Positions 1 through 13,712 of a DNA stretch of 64,000 bases are shown here, one piece after another. Each line of letters starts with the position of its first letter. The first letter of the stretch is position 1. The DNA is from Octopus vulgaris. Its lineage: Eukaryota. The translations under genes were made by a program, and so were the position numbers. The stretch spans positions 63,054,001 through 63,118,000 of the forward strand of contig OX597817.1 in NCBI GenBank assembly GCA_951406725.2, in the 5' to 3' direction. The notes beneath the pieces were generated by a model. That model saw only the letters and a program-made list of their open reading frames with translations, had not been told where the DNA came from and did no database searches.

Positions 1-163
1 AGATCCTGCGTAAGATAGTTCAGTATGCTCTGTAAATACACAAAAACCGTTGTTTTAAGAGCTACATACTTTGTTTTGTTGTTTTGGATTAGCGAAACAA
101 TTATGAGAACGGAACCAATGGATAAGCCCCGCTTTCCCGAGAATTACCGGGTACGTCAGCTAG
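1..163 (+). mobile_element. Probable 3' end of a non-autonomous Helitron
   Basis: Short hairpin CCCG(136-139)..CGGG(148-151) followed by CTAG (160-163) then T; abuts the LINE fragment. Confidence 0.4.
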
Positions 164-164
164 T

Positions 165-822
165 CCTATCATGTAGCAATTTGATTATTTTGTCGCAGGA
201 ATGATAATGGATTTAATTCCAAAATGAACAGAATTACAGAAAGTCTATCTCCTTGCAATAATCATTTCGAAATATCTTATAAAATTGGAGACGGGTGTTC
301 CACTATCAGTTCTAAATGTAAGAATTGATGCCCAGTCTGTGTGAGCCTCTCAGTGGTTGTAACTAAGGTGGCAGGTACTTTTGCCAATTGTAGACACATC
401 GGCAACCTTAAATGTGGAATAGAACTGAATGTTTTTCCTACCGTCAAGCCTTACTGTCAAAAGTTGTTTGGCGCATTTTCACACTCCCTTCTTTCCTCTT
501 GCTAGTTCACTAGTCACTAATGTTGAACTAACAATGATCAGGATGAACTGGTTGAAGGAGCTTATATACAGTTTAGGCAAGCAATGGGTCTATGGTTTTC
601 TTTCATCTCCATGACTTCATACATGGCCACAAGGTTTGTCCATCCTATAGCAAAACGATTTATCATGTCAATCTGACCTTTCATTGCCCTTCTGAATATA
701 CATATTAAGGGTTTTCTGTAAAATGTCAGTCCCTGATATCAATATCCATCTATTAGGTCTCTTCCAGACGCATTCCAATTATACAGTTAGACTACAGCTA
801 TAGTGAAAGTTTCCAGGTTGTT
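165..822 (-). mobile_element. Degenerate R4/Dong-type non-LTR retrotransposon RT fragment
   Basis: Minus-strand translation across frameshifts gives ENHRPIACLN, CAKQLL and LLQGD..LFILELNPLSFL, matching R4-clade RT motifs. Confidence 0.65.
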
Positions 823-1559
823 TATCTATATATCTATGTATGTATCTATATTAAACTACTACTCACCTTGTTTTCTTAATCATACTTGTACATAGCAAAA
901 TCACGAATAACAGATTTCGTTATATCCAAGCATTGGTATTGATTTTCTAAATCCTTGAATTTTCTATTTTTAAACAACACGCACATTACTTAGACATTTT
1001 TTGCGACGTACCGTTTGAGAACCACTGAGTTACAGACATGATACTATACTAGGCAGTTTGTGCCTTGGAGCTAAGATGGACAGAGAAAAAGATAGAAAGA
1101 AGACGCCAAAGAATGAACAGGAAGATCGTTTGGCAGGACCCAAGCTATGGTACACAACTGCGACAGATGGGGAAAACTTACTATAGTAGATCATGATCGT
1201 ATCCCTACCACCCCGTTGAAGGTTGAGGGCCCAAACAACTCAAATTATTTTATAGGTCGCTCTACCATTCCTCTCAACTTGAGTCTTAAATAAAGTGATT
1301 TTCTTTTTAGTATTCTACAGTAAGTCAAATCTGATCGTGTAGAGATATGATCAAAAGCGTCCCAGTTATGGCTATCCTGTTTTAAAGGTTCTTAGGATCA
1401 GATAATACAATACACCCGTGCCTTCTGATACGGTAAGTTGTAATTTTGAGGGAGATAGACTGCCTACTATTCTTAGTAGCCTCAACGGCCGTAAAGAGCG
1501 TTCTTCTGCAATTTCTTGCAGCCATGACAGTAACGGTAACGGAGGTAATATCATTGGTA

Positions 1560-1566
1560 TTGATGT

Positions 1567-1631
<65 letters not shown>

Positions 1632-1970
1632 GTGATGGTGGTGCTTTTGGTGGTGGTGGTGGTGGTGATGACGACGATGACGACGAGGACGACGACAAAG
1701 ACGACGATGACAACGACGGCAACGACGACGGCAACGACGACGGCAACGACGACGACAACGACGACGATGACAACGACGACGACGATGATGATGATGATGA
1801 TGATGATGACCACGACGACGACGATGGCGGCAGCGGCGACGAAGACGACGACGATGATGATGATCTTGAAGCCGACGACTACGACAATGACGACGACGAC
1901 GACGATGATGATGATGATGTTGATATTGATGATGATGATGATGATGATAATGATGACAATGATAATGCTA
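1560..1970. repeat. Compound (GAT)n/(GGT)n/(GAC)n trinucleotide repeat
   Basis: Seen directly; explains the poly-D/M/S/I ORFs. Confidence 0.95.
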
Positions 1971-2358
1971 ATGGTGTTCGTGGAATTGATGGCGACGACT
2001 GCGGTAGTCATAATAGTAACGAAGTTAAACATCGTTTCAAAAACCATGACAAACACCACGACATCACAACTTCATAACGAACACCGTACCACAAGACATC
2101 CTTACTACCAGCCACTGTATTTCGAATATAACTAACATTTCCAATATTAGAACTTCCTTCGATCCTACCATACAACCTGCACTGTCACTACCACTGTCAT
2201 AACCAACGTTATAGTTTTGACCTACAGACACACATGCAAAGACTGTGGGATCGATTAGCCAATTCATATTGAAAATATCGATTTATATCTGATCACCACC
2301 AAGGCTTTGTAACAAGATTTATTTGTTCATATGTGTTAATGCCGTATGCGAAATCCTA

Positions 2359-2709
<351 letters not shown>

Positions 2710-3236
2710 CGTTTTGGGATTTGGTTTGTGAGTTCGTGTGTTGAAGCATATTCTGTTGTGTCAGGGGAGAGTGATTTTCTATTTGTGCCTTAGAAATAAG
2801 TAGAAGTTTTACCGGTGAGTGTTAAATTATAAGGTACAAAAAGAAAATTACTCTCCCCAGACACAACATATATATATATATATATATCTTATACAAAAAT
2901 GAGCCAAGAGAAATAACTCAAGAGTGATCATTGGTATGTATATGAACAGCGTGTAGACATATAAATAATTAGGGGTATGTCAAATGCCATACAACATAAA
3001 TTCTTGGTTTATTAAAATCATCTCCGAGTCGAGAGGGTGTTACACAAATACCTGGTGTGAAGAAATGAAAAACATGAAGGTGGAATTATGCTAGCATAAT
3101 AATAAAAGTCCTGTGACTGACTGACTGCACACATCGGTTTTATACATGAATATGCGTGTGGGTGTGCGCGCACATCGTCTGTGTGTGTATGTGCACAACC
3201 ATCACAAAAGTCACTAAATAACCCTTTGTGTGTGTC

Positions 3237-3277
<41 letters not shown>

Positions 3278-3299
3278 CTATACACATGCATTGCATCTA

Positions 3300-5150
3300 A
3301 TGAAGAAGACTGCTTCATCGACCTGGGCCACCGACCATCCCGCTGGACGCTAGTTCCTGGCCAGTTCCAAGCAGTTGATTGTTTTGCAAGCATCTGCCAA
3401 CGTGATGCGGACCAGTTCCACTTTCGCAAGCGTCCCCGAGATTTCAACGTGTCCCCAGCCGAACTCTTGGCCCTTCGGTGGCTCCGACGCCGCAAAAATA
3501 TTGTCATAAAACCGGCTAACAAGGGTGGATCTGTAGTGATGTGACGCGCGGATCATTACAATGCTGAAGCTCTCCGCCGACTTCAAGACTCCTCCTTCTA
3601 TTGCCCTTTGATCTCCAATCCCATGTCTAACTACTAACAAACTGTGTCCTCCACTATTCGTGACCTTATTTCCTCCTCCCGCCTTCCTCTCACCACCTCC
3701 AACCTCATTGTCCCCAAATCCACAAGCCCGACAATCCTGGCCACCCCATCGTCTCCGCTTGCAAGTGCCCCGCGGAAAAGATCTCCAAATACCTCAACCG
3801 TGTCCTTGTCCTCCTAATGGCTTCCCTCCTCTCCCTCATTCACGACACGAACCATGCTCTCCGGCTGTTTAATTCTTTTTCCTTCCATTCTGGCCCCTCT
3901 AAACTTCCCTTCACTCTTGACATCAAAAGTTTACATACTGTGATCCCACACAACGAATGTCTTCTTACACTTAAACGCTTTATAGACCTTTGGCCTGCCC
4001 CCCCACCCCCCCCCCCGTGGCCATTGGAACGAGAATGGACCCCAACTATGCGAACTTGTTTGTTGGCTACGTTGTGGCCCAAATGTTTTCACAATTCATT
4101 GGTCCCAGTCCCGAGCTATACAGTCGTTATATCGATGACTGTATCGGCGCGACCTCACTCTCTCGCGAACAACTAGACTCCTTGCTCTTCTTCTTCCATC
4201 CTGCCCTCGAATTCTCCTGCTATATCTAACGTTTCCTTCTATATCTAACTTTTCCGTCGAATTTCTCGACATTTCTGTGAGCATTCACCACTTGCCTCTC
4301 ACTACCTCTATCCACTACAAACATACAGACTCACACTCCTACCTTAACTTCTCCTCCGCCCACCCTATTCACACCAAGCACTCCATCTACTCCCAAATTA
4401 CCCCATCTTCGCAAGCTCTGTCGAGACGACCATCACTTTGAGATCCAGTCTCAAATCATGGCTCACCACTTCATCCTACGTGGATATCCCCTCACTATTA
4501 TCCACATTACCTTTGCCCGGGAAGGATATGTGGACCGTGCCTCAGCTCTCTATCGTACCAGCTCCACCCTTATCTGTCTCCCGTTTCCCTCTCCCCTACC
4601 ACCCCTCCAAAGCACCATTATCCGAGCCTTCCGGCGGCCTCAGTCCAACCCCTCCACCTCGCACATCTTGCCTAACCTACCTTTTCCCTCCTTCAAACGA
4701 GCCCATAACCTGCGTGACCTCCTGGTCCAAAGTTTCTTGCCTATCCCCAGCTCCCAGCCTGACTCCTTCCCCTACTCCCACCCACGCTGTCGCACCTCCT
4801 CCTACCTCTACAACACCACCATCCTTACTGGCACCATTCACCGTTCCTATCACGTCACAAACTTCCTTACCTGCACCTCTAGTAATGTCATTTACTGCAT
4901 CTCTTGCTCTCTCTGTCCTTCCCTGTACGTTGGTCAAACTGGACACCGCTTGCCTAACCGGTTCGCCGAGCACGTCTGGGGTGTCAGACTCGGCTATGAC
5001 ACCTCGGTCTCGCGCCCTCTCCGCTCTACCGGTCATTCACTGCAACATCTGTCTGTGATTGGACTGTTTCTACATAGGAGCCACCCGGACACCCGCCTTC
5101 ACCGTGAACAAGATGAATCTTCCCTTTTCGTTCCTTTGCCCCATATGGGC
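3300..5150 (+). pseudogene. Fragmented PLE RT/GIY-YIG ORF
   Basis: ORF pieces 3230-3544, 3817-4176, 3990-4229 and 4458-5450 carry collinear RT and GIY-YIG motifs. Confidence 0.85.
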
Positions 5151-5983
5151 TCAACTCACCTCCTCTCTTCATCTGACACCAACCTCACCTCCTGTCTTCA
5201 TTTGACACCAATCCCACACGCAGTCTCACTCACCTCCCACATCCTCCACCTGCACATCTGCATACCGCCCACCTCGGTACCCTCACACACACATCCATAC
5301 ACACTGTTCAACTCATCACTCATTTCACACACCATTGCACACACACATACAGCACCTTCCCACTTCACACACATTCCTCAGCACCCACACAACACACCAT
5401 CATACACACACACAATCTTCAAGGGCTTCACCACACATACCACTATATGAACAGCCACACATACTGTTTAACTCAGTACACACACCACAAAACATCATGC
5501 ACAATCCTACACATGCACATAATACCTGAACACAGACAATATATACCGACAACCACACGAGCACATAGTACCAGAACACAGACAATAAATACACATACAC
5601 ACAAACACACACTCACGTAACACGCATAAACACATGCAACACACAATTAATTTTCACCCACCTACATACACTATACACATGCACACTATTTGGCCACAAT
5701 GATACGCACGCCCACACACGTTACACACGCACACGCACACACACGCACACATATTAAACTCACTCGCCCCCATTCACACATACACACTTACACCCTCATA
5801 CACACCATTCTGAAATACACGCGCGCGCTTGCGCATCTCGTTTTGTTAGGATCCCTTTCATTCAAGCTCTCTTTATTATTATCTCCCTTACATACAACCT
5901 CTTTTTTTTCCAATCGTTCGCCATGTTGGACCACTGAACTTAACATGCTTTTTGCATGTTCTCTTTATTTATTTCATCTTATA

Positions 5984-6020
5984 CCTTTCTATCGAAGAGC
6001 GTAGGCTCGAAACGTAAAGG
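5984..6020 (+). ncRNA. Degenerate minimal hammerhead motif in PLE pLTR
   Basis: cctttCTATCGA-A-GAGC gtag GCTC-GAAA-CG-TA-aagg; core mutated from CUGANGA. Confidence 0.5.
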
Positions 6021-6117
6021 ACTTTACCATTTTTCCCGAGCGTCAAACTAATATAACTTGCTTGTTGGTCCTACATTAGTCTTCGTTTTTCTATAAATTT
6101 GAACTCTGTGTGTGTGT

Positions 6118-6149
<32 letters not shown>

Positions 6150-6164
6150 TTATGAGTGTATATA

Positions 6165-6480
6165 GGTGCCGGCGTGGCTGTGTGGTAAGAAGCTAGCTTC
6201 CTGACCAATATGGTTTCGGGTTCCGTTCCACTGTGTGGCACCTTCGGCTAGTGTCTTCTAGTATAGCCACGGGCTGACCAATGCCTCGTGAGTGGATTTC
6301 GTAGATGGAAACTGAATGAATCCCGCTGTATATATATTTATGAGTGTGTGCGTGTGTGTGTGTGTATTTGTGTCTGTGTTTGTCCCTCCGTCACCACTTG
6401 ACAACCGGTGTTGTGTTTACGTCCCTGTAATCTAGCGGTTCGGCCAAAGAGTCTGATACAATAAGTACTAGGCTTAAAAA
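6165..6480 (+). mobile_element. tRNA-derived SINE, family A (ggcgtggctgtgtggtaag head)
   Basis: A/B-box-like head; body shared with copies at 9035, 28020, 38632, 52433, 56950 and 57669. Confidence 0.85.
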
Positions 6481-6499
6481 TTAAGTGCTATATATTGTG

Positions 6500-6820
6500 G
6501 TAGACTTTGCCTTTCATCCTTTCGGGGTCGGTAATTAAGTACCAGTTACGCACGGGGGTCGATATAATCGACTTAATCCGTTTATCTGTCCTTGTTTGTT
6601 CCTTCTGGGCTTAGCCCCTTGTGGGTAGTAAAGAAATAGGTATTTCGTCTGCCGTTACGTTCTAAGTTCAAATTCCGCCGAGGTCGACTTTGCTTTTCAT
6701 CCTTTCGGGGTCGATAAATTAAGTATCAGTTACGCACTGGGGTCGATGTAATCGACTTAATCCCTTTGTCTGTCCTTGTTTGTCCCCTCTTTGTTTAGCC
6801 CATTGTGAGCAATAAAGAAA
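6500..6820 (+). mobile_element. Meta-domain SINE (family B), 5'-truncated, ~2 internal units
   Basis: gactttgcctttcatcctttcggggtcg..aagtacc core present twice. Confidence 0.85.
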
Positions 6821-6849
6821 TAATATATATATATATATATATATACACA

Positions 6850-6986
6850 TTTTTTTCTCTCCTTGTTTTTTCTGTGTACCTTTCTGTAGAAGAGCGTAGG
6901 CTCGAAACGTAAAAGACTTTTTCTATTCCTGAGCGTTATACTAATACATCTGTTTGTTGTGCACACCACCTGTTTTCGTAAACTTT

Positions 6987-6990
<4 letters not shown>
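6850..6990 (+). mobile_element. Solo PLE pLTR fragment with HHR-like motif (6880-6915) in (TA)n
   Basis: ctttCTGTAGA-A-GAGCgtagGCTC-GAAACGTA-aaag plus cctgagcgt..ctaatac tail homologous to 5984-6107. Confidence 0.7.
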
Positions 6991-7023
<33 letters not shown>

Positions 7024-7078
7024 CACGTGTATGTATGTATGTATGTATGTATGTATGTATGTATGTATGTATGTATGT

Positions 7079-7114
<36 letters not shown>

Positions 7115-7946
7115 GTGTGTATGTATGTATAGTTTTAATCATTGCGTCAAGTGTGTATCGTCTATTTTGAAAAAGTTCCAATTTGCTAAATTCTTAGTTA
7201 TTGTTTACTGAACGTCAAAAATATTAAGTGTTGTAATAACCTCGTTAACGAGCTCATTAACTATGTAATCAACATCATTTCACACAAGCATCTTTATCAC
7301 TAATTAAGTCGATTAAATATTTAATCATTCTTAAGCTGAGTAAAGCAGTACATATGTGTATATGTTTGTATGCGTACATAAAAGTGTCGTGTTGTGTTTG
7401 TTTTAATTTTGTTTTCATTTTGTTGTATTCTTTATTCGTTTCCTTCATTGGGCTGCGGCCAATCTGGAACACTGCCTTCTATGCTTTTAATATATTATAT
7501 GGAATGCAGTAATTTGCTGCTTACCTTATTTCCTCGACCTTGGAGTAGTATAAAATGAGCGTGGGTGTAAAAGGGAGGCAACCACTGCGGAACTTCATAT
7601 CTGATATCATGCTGGTGTAATGAATTGTGAAGTCTCAGCTGTGTACACACACACACACACACACATACGAACGCGCACACAGCCACATACATATGCACAT
7701 TCACACACATACACACACACACACTCACAGATACATATAGGGAAAAATTCAAGAAAATCTCGACGTGATAAATAGAAACAGTAATTTTTAAGTGTTTGGT
7801 TCTGAAGTAAGAAGATTGCCTCACAGTCACATGTTTCTGGGTTCAGTTTCAATGCCTGACATCTTGAGCAAGTCTCTTGTACTATAACCACTGTCCGACC
7901 AAAGCCATTTAAGAGATGTAGTAGACGTAAACTGAAAGAAGCCCGT

Positions 7947-8019
<73 letters not shown>

Positions 8020-8334
8020 GTGTGCGTGCGACTGTGTGTGTACATATGTATTTATATTGCATCTGTATGTATCTTACTGTGTGTTTTCGTGGGAAAAAAT
8101 ATTTCGTGGCCCGGCGGGGTCGGGCAGGGCTTGGTCTGTAGGACAAGACATTTGCCTAAGTAAGGTGGTCTGCTATATGACTGAATCCAGCAACGTGTAC
8201 GAGAGACAACTTTGGACATATTGAATAAACCCAGCAATGCATAGACTTCGCCGTATTTGAAAAACCAATGCTGCTGTAATCAGAATACTAAATTACAGTG
8301 AATTTTCACTCATACACTGTCGAAAAATAACATA

Positions 8335-8599
8335 CAGTAATCTCTCGACTATCGCGGGTGTTACGTTACAAAATCCACGAAGCAGAAACTATCGTATATC
8401 TTTAAATTATTTTTATAATTTGCATATATTTACTTTATTATAAATGCAAAACAACACCACGGAGGAATCGACATAAGATTAAATAATAAACCGCGATAAT
8501 TTACTTTATTATAAATGCAAAACAACACCACGGAGGAATCTACATAAGGTTAAATAATAAACCGCGATAAGTGAACCGCGATAAGGCGAGGGACTACTG
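8335..8599. mobile_element. Tigger/pogo-like MITE
   Basis: TIRs cagtaatctctcgactatcgcgg / ccgcgataaggcgagggactactg, TA on both sides; internal ~71-bp tandem duplication (8429-8570). Confidence 0.8.
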
Positions 8600-8904
8600 T
8601 ACTGCGAATTGATAATGTTACAACTATTTTATATTATCGTTTGAGCGGATAGACTTACTTAATTATATATACGCTATGGTCTTCAAAATGAATGATAAAA
8701 ACTTATAAACCTTTTAATTAGTAGGCCAGTATGTTTCTAATTCAACGCCATTTTATATTATAATTGCTTCGCATCATAATTTCAGTATAGCTGTTCATTT
8801 ATATATATCTTTGTTCCGAACACTAAAAGGATGTGAACGATAAAAACTATAGATCCTGTCGGTTGAACTACAAATGAAAAGACCAAACTGCAATATATAT
8901 GTAG

Positions 8905-8961
<57 letters not shown>

Positions 8962-9034
8962 CATACATACATACATACATACATACATACATACATACAT
9001 ACATACATACTTACATATATACACACTTTTTACT

Positions 9035-9450
9035 CTTACTTTTTTACTTGTTTCAGTCATTTGACTGCAGTCATGCTGGAGCACCGCCTTTAGTCGAGCA
9101 AATCGACCCCAGAACTTATTCTTCGTCAGCCTAGTACTTATTCTATCGATCTCTTTTGCCGAACCGCTAAGTCACGGGGACATAAACACACCACCATCGG
9201 TTGTCAAGCGATGTTGGGAGGACAAACACACACACACAAACATATACACACACACACACATACATATACATATATACATATATATATGACAGGCTTCTTT
9301 CAGTTTCCGTCTACCAAATCCACTCACAAGGCTTTGGTCGGACCGCGGCTATAGTAGAAGACACTTCCCGATGGTGCCACGCAGTGGTACTGAACCTGGA
9401 ACTAAGTGGTTGGTAAGCAAGCCACTTACAAAACAGCCACTCCTGCACCT
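9035..9450 (-). mobile_element. tRNA-derived SINE family A, near full length
   Basis: Reverse complement of 52433-52806. Confidence 0.85.
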
Positions 9451-9947
9451 ATATATATATATTATTTTATAACTTGCAATTATTGGAATGCTTTGATGTT
9501 CAGACACCGCCAGCAAATACGTTTAGTCAAACAAATCGAATCCTAGTACATATTTTGGACTAGTAATTATTTTATTGGGTGCCTCTATTTTGTTTTGTTT
9601 TTTTACACACTACTCTTTCTTGTTAGTTTATATTTTGTTATGCTGTGTTTTTATTTTTCTTCGTTTGTTTTGTTTTGTTTTTTGTAGGGAGTTTTGCTTC
9701 TTTTTTTTTTTTTTTTGTTCTTCAGTACGTCTTAATCGGCAGGCATATGACAGGCTTCTGCAAGTCTCAGTCATACAAATTCAATCCACGAAGTATTGAT
9801 CATCTCCAGGTAACTGAAGAAGGCAACTATTGACTATGCTACGCAACTGAATGGAACACGGAACCGCATATTGCAGAGCCAATTTCTGAATCACACAGTG
9901 ATTTCATGTATGAATGTATAATTGTGTGCACGCTGTGCGTGTGTGTA

Positions 9948-10094
<147 letters not shown>

Positions 10095-10914
10095 CCATGC
10101 AACTTAAACTTTTGTAGGCTTCTAACAGAGGCCCGGTTCGATCAGGCTTGGATTACCGAATGAAAGAACATGGAAAGTCCAGCATGGCTTCAAGAAAATG
10201 GACTGCTATTTGGGGAAGGGAGGATCACATGGTGTTGCTAGAGGCGAGATCGGCATTCCAGCGACACCAGATGAGTTAGAAACGATATTATCTTGGACCG
10301 CGTGGCTAGACAGGAAGCTGTCTGGAAAGTTGACAGAAAGCATGGCCAGCGAGCGTGTGTGTGTGTGCGTGCGTGTATGTGTTGCGTGTGTGTGCGTGCG
10401 TGTGTGCGTGTGTATGTATGTGTGGATACGTTGTTGGCTGTATGAGAGTTTGCGTATATATATTTGTCGGTGTGTATGAATACGTGTGCATTGGTCCCTG
10501 CTATATGCGCATGCACGAACGTTTTTAGGATGCATGTATCGGTGTGGGTGCGTAAGCTTGAATTATATTCTAGCATGAGTGCGTGCGTGTTTCTCAAGAA
10601 GATCATATATGCGTGCGTGTGTTTCTGTCTGGTTTGTGCGTATGTATGCGTGCACATACATGCATGCTTTTGGTATATATGTGTCTGCATGTATGTATGT
10701 ATATAGGTAGGTAGGTAATAATAATAAAGGGTGAAATTAATTAATTAATTAATTGATAATTAATAATTTTACCAAGTAGCTCAGAATGTTAAAAGAACCA
10801 TTATCGGTAAACTTATACATAAAATTTTATAATTATACTTATAATTATACAATTTTTATGTATAGGTAGGCAGGTAGGTAGGTAGGTATTCAAAAATATA
10901 ACATTAGGTTAACG

Positions 10915-12960
10915 CATGGATCACCAAACTACGGCCCGCGGGCCGGATCCGGCCAACGACGTCAATTTGCCCGGCCCGCTGACGCATGCTGAAAAAATAA
11001 ACATGCTTTTATACTGCTTCTTACATTTCTTAGCTTATGCATGTCGTATGTATATTGAGTCAGTCATGTCACGCGCTATGTATTTCACGCGCCATAATAA
11101 TTACTACAGTACATCACGTGTGACTCGAGATAGTCAGTTAATAGTGATTACAATTAAAACGAGAATATCTGACACCGAGGCCTAAGACTGCTTTTGTCTT
11201 TTCTTCACTCATCGTTATGTCTAAAAAGAGAAAGGTTGATGATGAATGTCGCATTTTCAATAAAAAATGGGGAGAAAAGTACTTCTTTGGGGGAAACAAA
11301 CGACCAGAAGGCTAGTTGCCTGATATGCAACGAAAGTGTCGCTGTTATGAAATAGTACAATATTCGTCGTCACTATGAAGCAAAACATCTCTCAACACAT
11401 TCTAAATATTCTGGAAAAATTGCGGTCCGAAAAATTTGAATCTATGAAACATAGTTTGGAATCTCAAAGGAATTTCTTTATGAAAATGTTTGTTGAAAAT
11501 GAATCTATCACTCGCGTAATTTGCAAAATAGGGAATAAGTTGGCAGAGCGAGGAAAACCATTTACTGACGGAAACTTTATAAAAGAGTGAGTGCATGATG
11601 GAAGCAGCAAATGACTTGTGTCCTGAAAAAGCTAACATGTTTGGCTGTATCAGCCTTTCAGCAAGTTCAGTTGTGTGGAGAATATAAGAATTTGGAGAGA
11701 ATAAACAGTTACAGATACATGAGAAAGCTAAGAATTTTTTGTGGTATTCTCTTGCAATGGATGAGTCTACTGATCTCTCTAGTACATCACAACTTCATGT
11801 GTTCATTCGTGATGTTAATTGCAACATTGAGATTATAGAAGAAATGGCATCCGTTTGCAGTATACATAGAACAATAACTGGAGAAGATATTTTCATAGAG
11901 GTGCATCCAGACCGAGTTGGAGGAGATTTAACTTCCGAAAGCTCTGTTTATACACTGCATTATACATCAGCAAGCACTCTGTGGAAAACACTTAGATATT
12001 TCTTGCGGACTAAAACCAGTTGCAGCTGTGGTGAACTTTATTCGGAATCACCGACAGTTCCAGGCTTTCCTTGAAGAAATGGATTCTAATTTCTGTAATT
12101 TGCCTTACTACACAGAAGTGAGATGGCTCAGTTGTGGTAAAGTCCTGTTTCGTTTTTATAAGCTCCGAAGAAAAATAGGTCTTTTTCTCACTGAAAAGAA
12201 TACAGCTGATTCACAGCTGTCAGATCCTTCATGGTTATCAAAGTTGTCATTTTTAGTTAACATCACTTCTCATATGAATGAATTGAATTTAAAACTGCAA
12301 GGAAAGAATTACCTTATCTGTGATCTCTACAGAAATATTACATCATTTCGGGGAGAGCTATCATTGTTTGAAGTACAACTTGAAGTAGGAAACTTCTCTC
12401 ATTGTCAGTGTTTTCAAGAGTTTTGCACACAAAATGTAGAACATGTTAACCTCAAGTTTCAGAAAAAATTATTCGGGTCTTAAATAAGCATTTTTCTCAA
12501 AGATTTTCAGAGCTTGACAGAAGTGAGAATGAAATTCTTTTGTTTGAGAATCCCTTTGATTGTTATCTTGATAACATGCCAACTGAAATACAACTGGAGC
12601 TTATTGACTTGCAAGCTAATACCTTGTTGAAAGAGAAGCACAGAAAAGGAAAACTGATTGAATTTTATCGCTGCTTGCCAGCTGATAAGTTTTCAAAATT
12701 GAAAAAGTTTGCCTCAGGTATGGCATCAGTTTTTGGAACAACTTATGTTTGTGAGCAAACTTTTTCAAAAGCGAAGTGTGTGAATTCAATACAACGAACA
12801 AGGCTCACTGATACAAATTTCACCATCAATGTTGCAATTCTTATAGTTGGCTGCAGCAATCATAAAGCAAATATGTTGATGATATTTTGGAAGCAAAACA
12901 CCATTTTCACAAATGAAATAAATAATGAACAGAAATGTGGAATAAAAATTTACTAAAGTA
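10915..12960 (+). mobile_element. Decayed hAT transposon, Charlie/SPIN (GTF2IRD2-like transposase) type
   Basis: 5' end catggatcaccaaactacggcccgcgggccggatcc; transposase pieces MSKKRKVDDECRIF, CLIC..RRHY, YSLAMDESTD, YYTEVRWLS, FGTTYVCEQTFS; 3' TIR not found. Confidence 0.9.
11217..12956 (+). pseudogene. hAT transposase pseudogene
   Basis: Collinear ORF fragments 11375-11590, 11739-12074, 12028-12483 and 12540-12956 separated by stops and frameshifts. Confidence 0.85.
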
Positions 12961-13047
12961 AAATTAATCCAACAACTTCTACTTATATAAATTTAGTTTG
13001 TCATGTCCTTATATAGGATGTAAATAGCAAAATAAGTTCATATAATC

Positions 13048-13153
13048 TAGACCTGAAGACTGGCAATATAATCATTTTAATATGGTATTGTGTTTGAGAC
13101 TTTCTACTTGAGCAATATCGAAGAATATGTTGTCATGAAACGCTCGTAGTCTA
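13048..13153 (+). ncRNA. Type-I hammerhead ribozyme with long stem II
   Basis: TAGAC-CTGAAGA-C-TGGCAATATA...TATGTTGTCA-T-GAAA-C-GCTC-GT-A-GTCTA; stems I, II and III all pair. Confidence 0.75.
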
Positions 13154-13294
13154 TATAATGTAAAGTATATGATTTATAATAAGAATTGAAGGTATTAATT
13201 TTGATAATTTTAATATTTGGTCCTATATGTACCTATCGTGGATACTGTCGTTCAATGATGATTGAGTTGCTTGAGGGTGATTCTGACTCTTAAA

Positions 13295-13357
<63 letters not shown>

Positions 13358-13613
13358 TATGTATGTATGTATGCATGTATGTATGTATGTATGTATGTAT
13401 ACACACACACACACGCACACATATATGAGAGTGTGTGTGTGTGTGTATTCTTTTATTATTTTACATCATTCGGTCATTGAACTGCGACCATGTTGGAGCA
13501 TCACCTTGAAGGGTTTCGTCGAAAAATGAACCCGACAATTATTTTTAAACTTGCTACTTAGACATAAACATGTATGTGCATAGACAGACAGATAGATAGA
13601 CAGATAGATAGAC

Positions 13614-13712
<99 letters not shown>

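Larger units (their letters stand above)
3300..6107 (+). mobile_element. Decayed Penelope-like retroelement (RT + GIY-YIG endonuclease + HHR-bearing 3' pLTR)
   Basis: IVIKPANKGG, FTLDIKSLHT, GTRMDPNYANLFVG, YSRYIDD, then TCTSSNVIYCISCSLC..YVGQT..RL.NRFAEH; many frameshifts and stops; HHR-like motif at 5984-6020; ends at (TG)n. Confidence 0.9.

Noticed and set aside
1372-2135. Poly-Asp ORF resembling an acidic biomineralisation protein, plus overlapping ORFs
   Set aside because: Pure triplet repeat open in several frames, no signal peptide, GTG start; similar tracts recur at 17.5 and 56 kb
11217-12956. Host GTF2IRD2/EPM2AIP1-like gene
   Set aside because: Multiple stops and frameshifts, and a hAT terminal sequence upstream
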